This document shows positions 39,694 through 47,472 of a DNA stretch of 47,472 nt, piece by piece (position 1 is the first letter of the stretch; the number at the start of each line of letters is the position of its first letter). The notes beneath the pieces were generated by a model. It searched no databases. It was not told the origin of the DNA and saw only the letters and a list, made by a program, of their open reading frames with translations. The position numbers and the translations under genes are program-made. Source of the stretch: a virus (taxonomy: Duplodnaviria > Caudoviricetes); IMG/VR virus record IMGVR_UViG_3300032225_001249, positions 1-47,472 of that record; one strand, given 5' to 3'.

Positions 39694-41210
39694 TGCGAAT
39701 TTTATGTCTAGGCAACAATACAGAAGACACAGATCTTCAAACACGAGCTCTTGCTACGCAGGCTCAAATGCTCTGTCACGGATTGTTAAGCGAACTAGAT
39801 CGATCTTTTTCAACAATCGATTACAGTCAGCCTGGATATTATCATTCCAGTGTTGTTGATTTGCAACCTGGCAATCTTAAAAAACTAATAAATCAATTCG
39901 ATAAAGCAATCATGCTTGACCAGCCAATTGAGCAGTGGAATCATCCTCACGAGTTTTACAACACCATTGCATTTTTAAAATCAGCCACAATACCTGTTGA
40001 GTTTTTAAATCCAGAATCTGCGCAGCCTGCAGAATTTTTCAATGAATTGATCAAACATAACAAAAGTTTTTGCATTTTTCCCTTTATTGAATTGCATACA
40101 ACCCACAATCATACACAATTGTGTTGCCGAAGTAGTAAACCTGTAAAAAATCTCAATGATTTAACCGACTTCAATACTGACCCTGATTATCAACGCATAC
40201 GTGAATCCATGCTAAAAGGCGAAATGTTACCTGACTTTTGCAGTGATTGTTACAATCGTGAAAGCAAAGGAATTATCAGTGCCAGACAGTCCGAAACGCC
40301 TGAATGGGTATATCGATTGGGAATAAAAAATCTTGAAGATTTGAAAAACGTAAAAAAGCCTGCGTTTTACGATCTGAGACCTGGTAATAAATGCAATTTA
40401 CTATGTCGTAGTTGCAACCCCGATGACAGTCATCTTATTGCCAAGGAATATAAAAAATTAAAAATTACATCGATTCATCGCAATTATAAAACTGACAAGC
40501 ATCAGTCCAACGCATTTGAATTGATAGAGTTTGACAATATAAGTAAATTACTGGTTGCTGGCGGAGAACCAACCATAATGCCAGAATTTTTTAAATTCTT
40601 AGAAAAGTGTATTGCTCTCGGAAACACAGACTTTGAAATCAATGTTACTACCAATGGAACTAATCTAAGCGATCGACTTAAAAAACTAGTCAAGCAATTT
40701 AAAGATTTTAGTTGGGTGTTCAGTATTGATGGTTACAAAGAGTTAAATTACTATAGCAGGTATCCTAGCAGCTGGAACAACATTGTGGATAACTGGCATT
40801 ATCATTTGAATCAAAAAAATCCAGTAACTGTCAATACTACCATAAGCATTTACAATATTGATAGTTTAGATAAATTATTCAGTTGGATGGATCAGGCATT
40901 TCCTAACACCCTAATCAGTTGCATGGCACTCACTGGGCCAATATATTTAGATCCGTTGTTATTTCCAGATCGAGACGCAGCCTTGCAATCTCTTGAAAGG
41001 GTAATGCGAACCAATTGTTATAAAAATTCAGACATACTTGCATCAACTGTTGATTCGTTATATCAACAGTTTCAAGATCGTATAGAAATCAATGAACCAG
41101 TATTGAAAGAATTTTTCAAATTTAATGATCTATTAGATTCTAATAGAAATATACATCTTCGAGATTATGTTCCAGTATTAGAAAAATATAGAGAAAAATA
41201 TGTCTCCTGA
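39693..41210 (+). CDS. Radical SAM protein with an extra N-terminal domain and a twitch-like Cys domain
   Basis: CIFPF...CCRS...CSDCY, then CNLLCRSC, GGEP, TTNGT and FSIDG. Confidence 0.87.
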   Translation: MRILCLGNNTEDTDLQTRALATQAQMLCHGLLSELDRSFSTIDYSQPGYYHSSVVDLQPGNLKKLINQFDKAIMLDQPIEQWNHPHEFYNTIAFLKSATIPVEFLNPESAQPAEFFNELIKHNKSFCIFPFIELHTTHNHTQLCCRSSKPVKNLNDLTDFNTDPDYQRIRESMLKGEMLPDFCSDCYNRESKGIISARQSETPEWVYRLGIKNLEDLKNVKKPAFYDLRPGNKCNLLCRSCNPDDSHLIAKEYKKLKITSIHRNYKTDKHQSNAFELIEFDNISKLLVAGGEPTIMPEFFKFLEKCIALGNTDFEINVTTNGTNLSDRLKKLVKQFKDFSWVFSIDGYKELNYYSRYPSSWNNIVDNWHYHLNQKNPVTVNTTISIYNIDSLDKLFSWMDQAFPNTLISCMALTGPIYLDPLLFPDRDAALQSLERVMRTNCYKNSDILASTVDSLYQQFQDRIEINEPVLKEFFKFNDLLDSNRNIHLRDYVPVLEKYREKYVS

Positions 41211-42696
41211 ACAATTAAAAATCTCTCTTGAATCCCAGTTTAAAATTTTGTGCTTAGTTGATCTAGCCGACGCAGTTCAATCAATATCGGCTGTTCATAA
41301 AATATTCAAGGAACATTTTAAAGAATCGTTTGAGCCAACTGAAAGAATAGTTTTTTATTCTGAACAAATTCCAAGCAATGAACTAATAACTTATATTCAA
41401 CATGCAGCTGACTTGTTTGATATCAGTAGATGTTTTATTATGATTTGTTGTCCCGAAGAGTCAAACAATTTATTTCAATCTGCCGATAATTTTGATATAG
41501 AACATTATCCTGTTACAGTTACATCAAAATTTTTGCCAGATATAATACCTACCATTAGCGATACCATGTGTCCGTACCCGTGGATGCATTTGGCAATACT
41601 TAATTTAGGCGATGTTAGACCCTGCTGTGTTAGTCAAGACATCATTGGTTCTGTTACAGAACAATCATTGGAGAACATTTTTAAAAGTCCGCAGATGGAT
41701 ACGCTACGAAGCGAATTGCTGGCCGGCAAAAAACCCGCTGGATGCTCTACCTGCTGGGATCAGGAATCTCAAAATATTCCCAGTGTTAGACAATGGAAAT
41801 TAAAATACACAGGAAAACAACTATATTCAGACTGGATTGATAACCCAATGATACATTCAGTCGATTATCGACCTAGCAATGTGTGTAATTTTAAGTGTAG
41901 GATATGCAAACCCAGCAACAGTTCATTGATTGCCGCCGAAGAAATTGCATTTACCGATGATATCAAAAAAATTTCCAAGTTGAAACAAATTAACATAGAA
42001 GGAAAATGGTTTGACCACGATGATCAATTTATCTCTCAGCTGTTTGAGTTGTTGCCGTTTTTAGAAAATATAGATTTTTACGGAGGAGAGCCTTTTTTAT
42101 TAAAACAGCTACCATTGTTATTAAAAAAAGCCACGGAAACAAACCATGCCGAACACATTAGATTGCATTTTAATACAAACGGTTCTGTCTATCCAACTAA
42201 CTTAATACCATATTTTCAAAAATTTAAATTGGTAGATCTCAGCTTCAGTATAGACGACATGCTAGAAAGATTTGAATTACAACGCGGTGGTTCTTGGGCA
42301 GAAGTTGAACACAACATAAAAATGTTTAAAAATGAATCTAGTGTTAATTTTAACATTGCCATAATGACCACTGTCAATATACAAAATATTTTATATCTTG
42401 AGGACTTGTTTGAGTGGGCTGATCAAAACAACTATGAAATTCATTTAAATGTGCTTGAAGGACCTCCACATCTAAATATTGATTACATGACTGAATCGGC
42501 AAAGAAACTAGTGGTTGAAAAATACCAAACTCATCTTCGTCCAGAATTACAAAATATCAGTCGGCGCATAATGAACAGTCCCGGAAGTAATGGTAAAAAG
42601 TTTGTTTCCTATATGCAAGAATTAGATAAACGTCGAAAACAGAGTTTCTCAGATTCTCATTATGAGATTGCAATTGCCATGGGATATAGTGTATAA
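41200..42696 (+). CDS. Radical SAM protein with a different N-terminal domain and a twitch-like Cys domain
   Basis: CPYPWMHL...PCC...GCSTCW, then CNFKCRIC, GGEPF, NTNGS and FSIDD. Confidence 0.87.
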   Translation: MSPEQLKISLESQFKILCLVDLADAVQSISAVHKIFKEHFKESFEPTERIVFYSEQIPSNELITYIQHAADLFDISRCFIMICCPEESNNLFQSADNFDIEHYPVTVTSKFLPDIIPTISDTMCPYPWMHLAILNLGDVRPCCVSQDIIGSVTEQSLENIFKSPQMDTLRSELLAGKKPAGCSTCWDQESQNIPSVRQWKLKYTGKQLYSDWIDNPMIHSVDYRPSNVCNFKCRICKPSNSSLIAAEEIAFTDDIKKISKLKQINIEGKWFDHDDQFISQLFELLPFLENIDFYGGEPFLLKQLPLLLKKATETNHAEHIRLHFNTNGSVYPTNLIPYFQKFKLVDLSFSIDDMLERFELQRGGSWAEVEHNIKMFKNESSVNFNIAIMTTVNIQNILYLEDLFEWADQNNYEIHLNVLEGPPHLNIDYMTESAKKLVVEKYQTHLRPELQNISRRIMNSPGSNGKKFVSYMQELDKRRKQSFSDSHYEIAIAMGYSV

Positions 42697-42697
42697 T
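42668..42697 (+). promoter_or_regulatory. Possible sigma70-like promoter for gp46, inside the end of the upstream gene
   Basis: TTGCAA-18 nt-TATAAT, 8 nt before ATG 42706. Confidence 0.45.
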
Positions 42698-42705
42698 AAA
42701 AACTT

Positions 42706-44469
42706 ATGATCCATATAAAAAATCTAACTGTTAAAAACTTCATGAGTGTTGGTAACAGCACTCAGGCCATTGATTTTGATCGCAAGGATCTTACGCTGGT
42801 GTTGGGTGAGAACTTGGATCTAGGCGGCGACGGTAGTCGTAATGGCACAGGTAAAACCACAATTATCAATGCCCTGAGCTATGCCTTATATGGCACCGCA
42901 CTCAGCAATATTCGCAAGGATAATTTGGTAAACAAAACCAATGGCAAGAACATGTTGGTCAGTTTAGATTTTGGTGTGGGCGGTAAGAATTACAAAATTG
43001 AACGTGGACGTAAGCCAAACGTGCTAAGGTTCTTTGTCAACAACGAAGAACAAGCTATTACTGATAATTCTCAAGGCGATTCAAGAGAAACACAGGACAA
43101 TATCGAACAACTGCTGGGACTCAGTCACGACATGTTTAGACACATCCTGGCACTTAATACCTACACTGAACCGTTTTTGAGTTTAAAGGCCAATGATCAG
43201 CGTACCATTATTGAACAGTTGTTGGGTATTACACAGCTGAGTGAACGTGCTGACCGTATCAAAGAACTCAACAAACAGACTAAAGATGCTATTCAGGCAG
43301 AAGAATTCCGTATACGTGCTGAACAAGAAGCCAACAAACGTATCGAAGAACAAATTGAATCATTGAAGCGTAGACAAACATTATGGACAACTAAACATGC
43401 CGAAGATATCCAGGAACTTGAGAAAGCACTCAAGGCGTTACAGAATATTCAGATTGAAGTGGAGATCCAAGCGCACAAAGATCACAAGGAATGGGATCAA
43501 CGGCGAAAGGATATCAATGAACTATCAACTCAAATCTCCCGTGTCAAAATGGATATTGGTCGGGAAGAAAAGTTGGCGTCCAAATTATCAAAAGAAATCG
43601 AGACTCTTGAAAATCACGAGTGTCATACGTGCGGACAGGCCTTCTATGACAGTAAGCACCAACAAGTTTTGGAAACAAAACAGACGGAACTGGCAACGGC
43701 TCAACAGAGTGGCGGAGAGTTTAGCACCCTCTTATCAGAGCTGGAGGCTGCCCACACCTCCTTGGGCCCGCTAGGTAAACCTCCTAAGATGTTTTATGAT
43801 AAAGAGTCGGATGCTATTCAACATCAGGCCACTGTAGCAAACTTGGAACAACAAATTGCCGCAAAGTCTGTTGAAACAGATCCTTACGCAGAACAAATTG
43901 ATGAAATGCAACAACAGGCTCTTAAAGAAATCACCTACGACGCACTCAATGAACTTACTAGATTACAAGAACATCAAGATTTCTTACTCAAGTTACTGAC
44001 CAGTAAGGATAGTTTTATTCGTAAAAAGATCATTGAACAGAATTTAAGTTACTTGAATGCTCGACTAACACACTACTTGGATCGCGTGGGCTTGCCACAC
44101 ACAGTGGTGTTCCAAAACGACCTAACTGTCAGCATTGAAGAGCTGGGTCGTGAGCTTGACTTTGATAACCTAAGTAGGGGTGAGCGCAATCGTTTGATCT
44201 TAAGTATGAGCTGGGCATTCCGCGATGTGTTTGAGTCGTTATATCAGCCCATCAACTTGTTGTTTATAGATGAAATGATTGACAACGGCCTTGATACATC
44301 AGGTGTAGAAAATGCTCTAGCTTTACTAAAACAAATGAGTCGTGAACGACACAAATCAATTTGGCTAGTGAGTCATAGAGACGAGCTGGCTGGCCGAGTT
44401 GAAAACATTCTCAAGGTTGTCAAGGAAGGCGGCTTTACCAGTTACAATACGGATGTAGAGATTACATGA
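42706..44469 (+). CDS. gp46: Recombination ATPase subunit, Rad50/SbcC/T4 gp46-like
   Basis: KNFMSVG, Walker A NGTGKTT, coiled coil with a CHTC Zn hook, signature LSRGE, Walker B LLFIDE and H-loop VSH. Confidence 0.93.
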   Translation: MIHIKNLTVKNFMSVGNSTQAIDFDRKDLTLVLGENLDLGGDGSRNGTGKTTIINALSYALYGTALSNIRKDNLVNKTNGKNMLVSLDFGVGGKNYKIERGRKPNVLRFFVNNEEQAITDNSQGDSRETQDNIEQLLGLSHDMFRHILALNTYTEPFLSLKANDQRTIIEQLLGITQLSERADRIKELNKQTKDAIQAEEFRIRAEQEANKRIEEQIESLKRRQTLWTTKHAEDIQELEKALKALQNIQIEVEIQAHKDHKEWDQRRKDINELSTQISRVKMDIGREEKLASKLSKEIETLENHECHTCGQAFYDSKHQQVLETKQTELATAQQSGGEFSTLLSELEAAHTSLGPLGKPPKMFYDKESDAIQHQATVANLEQQIAAKSVETDPYAEQIDEMQQQALKEITYDALNELTRLQEHQDFLLKLLTSKDSFIRKKIIEQNLSYLNARLTHYLDRVGLPHTVVFQNDLTVSIEELGRELDFDNLSRGERNRLILSMSWAFRDVFESLYQPINLLFIDEMIDNGLDTSGVENALALLKQMSRERHKSIWLVSHRDELAGRVENILKVVKEGGFTSYNTDVEIT

Positions 44470-45071
44470 AAATTTTATTAACCGGAAGTAGCAGCGGTGT
44501 TGGGCAGATGCTAAATCAACAGTTATCTGTTAATCACAATGTTACTGCGCCAACCCGACAACAACTAGATCTACTAGACTCGGAACAAATAATAAATTTT
44601 GTTCATCAAAGTTATGACATGTTAATTAACTGTGCAGGCACTGGTATTGGAGGTAAAATTGATTTTGTAAATCATAATACCTCTGATATACAAGATATAA
44701 TACAAACAAATTTAGTAGCTCCTGTATTACTATCGCAGGCTGTGTTTAGACACAACCTCTTGGCTAAAATAGTAAACATCACAAGCACTAATAATTTAAG
44801 ATATTGGCCAAACGATCTTGCATATAGTCTTAGTAAAAAGGCAGTTGAAGAGTTTGGAAAAATGTTAATGGTCGAATACCCGAGTGTAAAATATTTAGAA
44901 GTCAGACTGGGCCTTACAAAAACAAATTTTAATCAAAATAGATTTAAAAACGAGCCCAGTAGGTATAGTGAGTTGTATCAAAACAATTATCTGACTCCGG
45001 AAAATGTCGCCAATACAATCTGTAATGTATTGTTTGACGATACTATAAAATTTATTGAGATTTCACCATGA
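44466..45071 (+). CDS. Short-chain dehydrogenase/reductase (SDR)
   Basis: TGSSSGVG, NCAG, NITS and catalytic YSLSK. Confidence 0.88.
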   Translation: MKILLTGSSSGVGQMLNQQLSVNHNVTAPTRQQLDLLDSEQIINFVHQSYDMLINCAGTGIGGKIDFVNHNTSDIQDIIQTNLVAPVLLSQAVFRHNLLAKIVNITSTNNLRYWPNDLAYSLSKKAVEEFGKMLMVEYPSVKYLEVRLGLTKTNFNQNRFKNEPSRYSELYQNNYLTPENVANTICNVLFDDTIKFIEISP

Positions 45072-46159
45072 ACTGGCAACTATATCACTGGCACTTTGAA
45101 GTCAGCGGCAAATGCACCTTAAAATGTCCTAGATGTCCTCGTAACGACACTGCGCCTGTCCCGTGGATCAACAAAGAATTAACGTTAGATTTTTTTAAAA
45201 AAACTCTAACACCCGAACTGTTAAAAACACAGGTTAAACGAATAACTATGTGTGGTGATGTAGGCGATCCGATCTACGCCAGCGAATACTTAGATATTAT
45301 TGAATATATCAAATCACATAATCCTAAAATTCATATCTATACCATTACCAATGGCAGTTATCGTAAACCAGACTGGTGGCAACGTTTTGCTAGAGTTAGC
45401 AACGAATATGATACTATAAATTTCAGTGTTGATGGGTATAATGACGCTAGTAATAATCAGTATCGTATTGGCAGCAACTGGGACAGCATAATGACCGGCA
45501 TGCGTATCATGTGTCAAGAAAGTCCAGCATTTGTGTATTGGGCTACTATTGTGTTTGCCTTTAATCAAGATTATCTAGATCAAATTGAACAACAGGCACG
45601 TGACATTGGGTGTGATGGATTACAATTAACTTACAGCACTAAATTTGGCAGTAAATATGGCGAAGCGTACGGCGGTGCCAGTGATCCAATGGAGCCACGT
45701 TCAGAGTTTATCAGCAAGACTCACAGATATGAAAGATATTTCCGTAACATCAGCGGGCGAGAACAACTGAATCACGACTATCTTGGACACAACTTACAAA
45801 GATATCAGGCGGTTAAACAAGAACACAATACGTTTATTACACCCATGTGCAGTGTTGGCAATCGTGGATTATATGTCAGTGCTGACGGTGTGCTACATCC
45901 GTGCAGTTGGGTTAGTTTTCCATATGTATCAATGAGCACTAATCGTAAAACCATACACTTTAAAAACAGTTTTCATCAGGTATATAGACAGCAACTAAAT
46001 TTAAACACTCGTAGTTTGGACGAAGTGCTAGCCGATCCAATTTGGAATTTATTGTCCAACTCGTTTGATGATCCATCTAAAGCCTGGGTAGAATGCGAAC
46101 AAAAATGTAATTGTAGTGTAGTAGATAAAGAGTATGCAGTAGGGTGGTTAACAAATTAA
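45068..46159 (+). CDS. Radical SAM protein with C-terminal SPASM/twitch-like cysteines
   Basis: CTLKCPRC, CGDVGDP, TNGS and FSVDG; C-terminal MC...LYVSADGVLHPCSW...ECEQKC; ATGA overlap with the SDR. Confidence 0.87.
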   Translation: MNWQLYHWHFEVSGKCTLKCPRCPRNDTAPVPWINKELTLDFFKKTLTPELLKTQVKRITMCGDVGDPIYASEYLDIIEYIKSHNPKIHIYTITNGSYRKPDWWQRFARVSNEYDTINFSVDGYNDASNNQYRIGSNWDSIMTGMRIMCQESPAFVYWATIVFAFNQDYLDQIEQQARDIGCDGLQLTYSTKFGSKYGEAYGGASDPMEPRSEFISKTHRYERYFRNISGREQLNHDYLGHNLQRYQAVKQEHNTFITPMCSVGNRGLYVSADGVLHPCSWVSFPYVSMSTNRKTIHFKNSFHQVYRQQLNLNTRSLDEVLADPIWNLLSNSFDDPSKAWVECEQKCNCSVVDKEYAVGWLTN

Positions 46160-46192
46160 TGGATTTTATAAACAGATGATAACTACTAGTCC

Positions 46193-46621
46193 ATGGCATG
46201 GCTGTACGAAAACACTCAAATTCAAGAACTACCCGAAGACTGCGTCGGCTTTGTTTATTTGATTACAAATAACGTAACCGGCAGGAAATATATTGGCAAA
46301 AAATTAGCAAAATTTAGTAAAACAACATACAAAGTAGTAAAATTAAAAAATGGCAACAAGAAACGCAAGAAAATCAGAAGCAAAATAGATTCAGACTGGC
46401 AACTATACTATGGCAGCAACGAACAACTCAATCGAGACATTGCAGAGCTAGGCTCAGACAACTTCACAAGAGAAATATTATTTTATTGCACATCAAAGGC
46501 CGCTTGTAGTTACATAGAAGCTAGAGAACAATTCAATCATAAAGTATTAGAGTCAGACGACTACTATAATGGGCAGATAGTTTGCCGCATACACGGTAGT
46601 CACATAAAAAATAAAATTTAA
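46193..46621 (+). CDS. Short stand-alone GIY-YIG nuclease-family protein (Seg-like catalytic domain only)
   Basis: GFVYLITNNVTGRKYIGKK, YYGS, FTREIL, EAREQ and YYN; Lys/Arg-rich insert KLKNGNKKRKKIRSK; 142 aa. Confidence 0.82.
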   Translation: MAWLYENTQIQELPEDCVGFVYLITNNVTGRKYIGKKLAKFSKTTYKVVKLKNGNKKRKKIRSKIDSDWQLYYGSNEQLNRDIAELGSDNFTREILFYCTSKAACSYIEAREQFNHKVLESDDYYNGQIVCRIHGSHIKNKI

Positions 46622-46639
46622 ACTCAGATAGGCAGCTTT

Positions 46640-46975
46640 TCAGACTCTGTGGCAGGTGATATGACCTGCCCCCATCGAGGAACGGTGAGATACCCGGTCT
46701 AGAACTTTGGGCGTCAAAGGCAATTGCTAACTAAAGGCAACAAATGGTTTGGGCTCTGTGAAAAAGATACACCCCATGCTCATAGGACTTGGATTTATCG
46801 TCGGGTCACTAGGGTTCCGTTGATATGTGAAGCTAGAGTAAGGGGTACCGGTCAACCGCCTCTGCGTTGGAAACAACAATCTCTTTATGATAAATGACAG
46901 CTACACTCAGATAATGTAGAAGTCATATTCACCGTAATACGGTGAATTGTGACCGCGTAATCTAGATAATGCTAA
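46640..46975 (+). ncRNA. Putative large structured non-coding RNA (or structured DNA element) downstream of the GIY-YIG gene
   Basis: ORF-free 405-nt gap in a gene-dense genome, with many helices found by eye (see findings), several G-U pairs favouring the + strand, and a GTTG-GAAA-CAAC tetraloop. Confidence 0.6.
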
Positions 46976-46986
46976 AGAAAAACAAT

Positions 46987-47027
46987 ATTGATGAACGAAG
47001 TGAAATCAATAGATCTCTCAGAGATCT
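46987..47027. terminator. Tandem hairpins at the convergence of + and - transcription
   Basis: ATTGAT-GAACGAAGTGAA-ATCAAT followed by AGATCTC-TCA-GAGATCT, abutting the stop at 47027. There is no classical GC stem with U-tract. Confidence 0.35.
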
Positions 47028-47365
47028 TATAAGTTGGTATCAGGCCAATCTCGAAACAAGGCATGTTGAATATCACCAGCAACAAACTGATTAAATGACT
47101 TATGTTTCACTTCGAGTTCTCCTTCAAGTGGAGCAACACGTTTAAATGCATTGTCCATTTGACCCATGTCTTGAAACTCCATGAGTATCATCCATTCCGG
47201 CATGTCAGCGATACTACGGAATCCCATTTTGCATCTGGTAATTCTGTAGCTTTCCATCTTGCCTTCACTAATCAAGTGATCAAAGAAACTTTTCATTCCG
47301 TTGACCCAGTCCAGGTCAGAGATGTCGCCTTCTTTGTTTGCCCAAATTGTGTATAAGTCTGCCAT
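47027..47365 (-). CDS. Hypothetical protein, probable dimeric alpha-beta barrel (DUF6614-like, from recall)
   Basis: 112 aa, AAGGA RBS; pattern YTIWA...HLISEGKMESYRITR.K.G...EWMILMEF.DMGQMDNAF. Confidence 0.6.
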   Translation of the reverse strand: MADLYTIWANKEGDISDLDWVNGMKSFFDHLISEGKMESYRITRCKMGFRSIADMPEWMILMEFQDMGQMDNAFKRVAPLEGELEVKHKSFNQFVAGDIQHALFRDWPDTNL

Positions 47366-47403
47366 AATTTTTTCCTTGAGTTATAATCTACATACATAAT
47401 TAT

Positions 47404-47472
47404 ATGAAAATACAGTTTGATCATAATTTTGGCCACCAGGAGCAGGGCGAGTTCTTTCACTTTGGTTGTGAG
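47404..47472 (+). CDS. 5' fragment of a CDS running off the window
   Basis: MKIQFDHNFGHQEQGEFFHFGCE, open to the window end and divergent from the gene at 47365. Confidence 0.55.
   Translation, partial: MKIQFDHNFGHQEQGEFFHFGCE

Noticed and set aside
42706-44469. Intein in gp46, or cellular sbcCD origin of the window
   Set aside because: Length and motifs fit an uninterrupted phage gp46, and the baseplate genes and gp55-like sigma factor show phage context.
46193-46621. Classical mobile homing endonuclease
   Set aside because: It is only 142 aa, has no C-terminal DNA-binding modules and is not within an intron. It is kept as GIY-YIG family without a mobility claim.
46622-47026. tRNA, tmRNA, RNase P, group I/II intron or CRISPR identity for the structured gap
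   Set aside because: I saw no cloverleaf or T-loop, only a superficial GAGGAA resemblance to RNase P, no interrupted host gene or recognisable intron core, and no regularly spaced repeats. A covariance-model search is still needed.
47404-47472. Functional assignment for the terminal partial ORF
   Set aside because: Only 23 codons are visible, which is not enough to support a call.

Overview
This window is part of a large lytic myovirus (T4-superfamily-related, jumbo-phage-like) read in the standard code. It is gene-dense with many ATGA/TAATG overlaps. The minus strand (37.6 kb to 1) carries a late virion module: cupin, tube-initiator-like, gp53-, hub-, gp5-, gp25- and gp6-like genes, a 4806-aa modular baseplate protein and two Ser/Thr-rich fibre proteins. 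That module runs into a glycan-modification cluster of three GT-A-like proteins, a radical SAM enzyme, UDP-glucuronate decarboxylase, a GT10-like protein and a sulfotransferase the ORF track missed. The plus strand (37.7-46.6 kb) carries a gp55-like sigma factor, gp47 and gp46 separated by two AT-rich radical SAM genes, an SDR + radical SAM pair and a short GIY-YIG nuclease. The nuclease is followed by a ~400-nt ORF-free, highly structured element with nested long-range helices, a possible pseudoknot and a GAAA tetraloop. The best candidates for new biology are this nuclease + structured RNA unit and the virion-linked xylosylation/sulfation/radical SAM glycan pathway. All family calls come from motif recognition by eye; no database searches were run.
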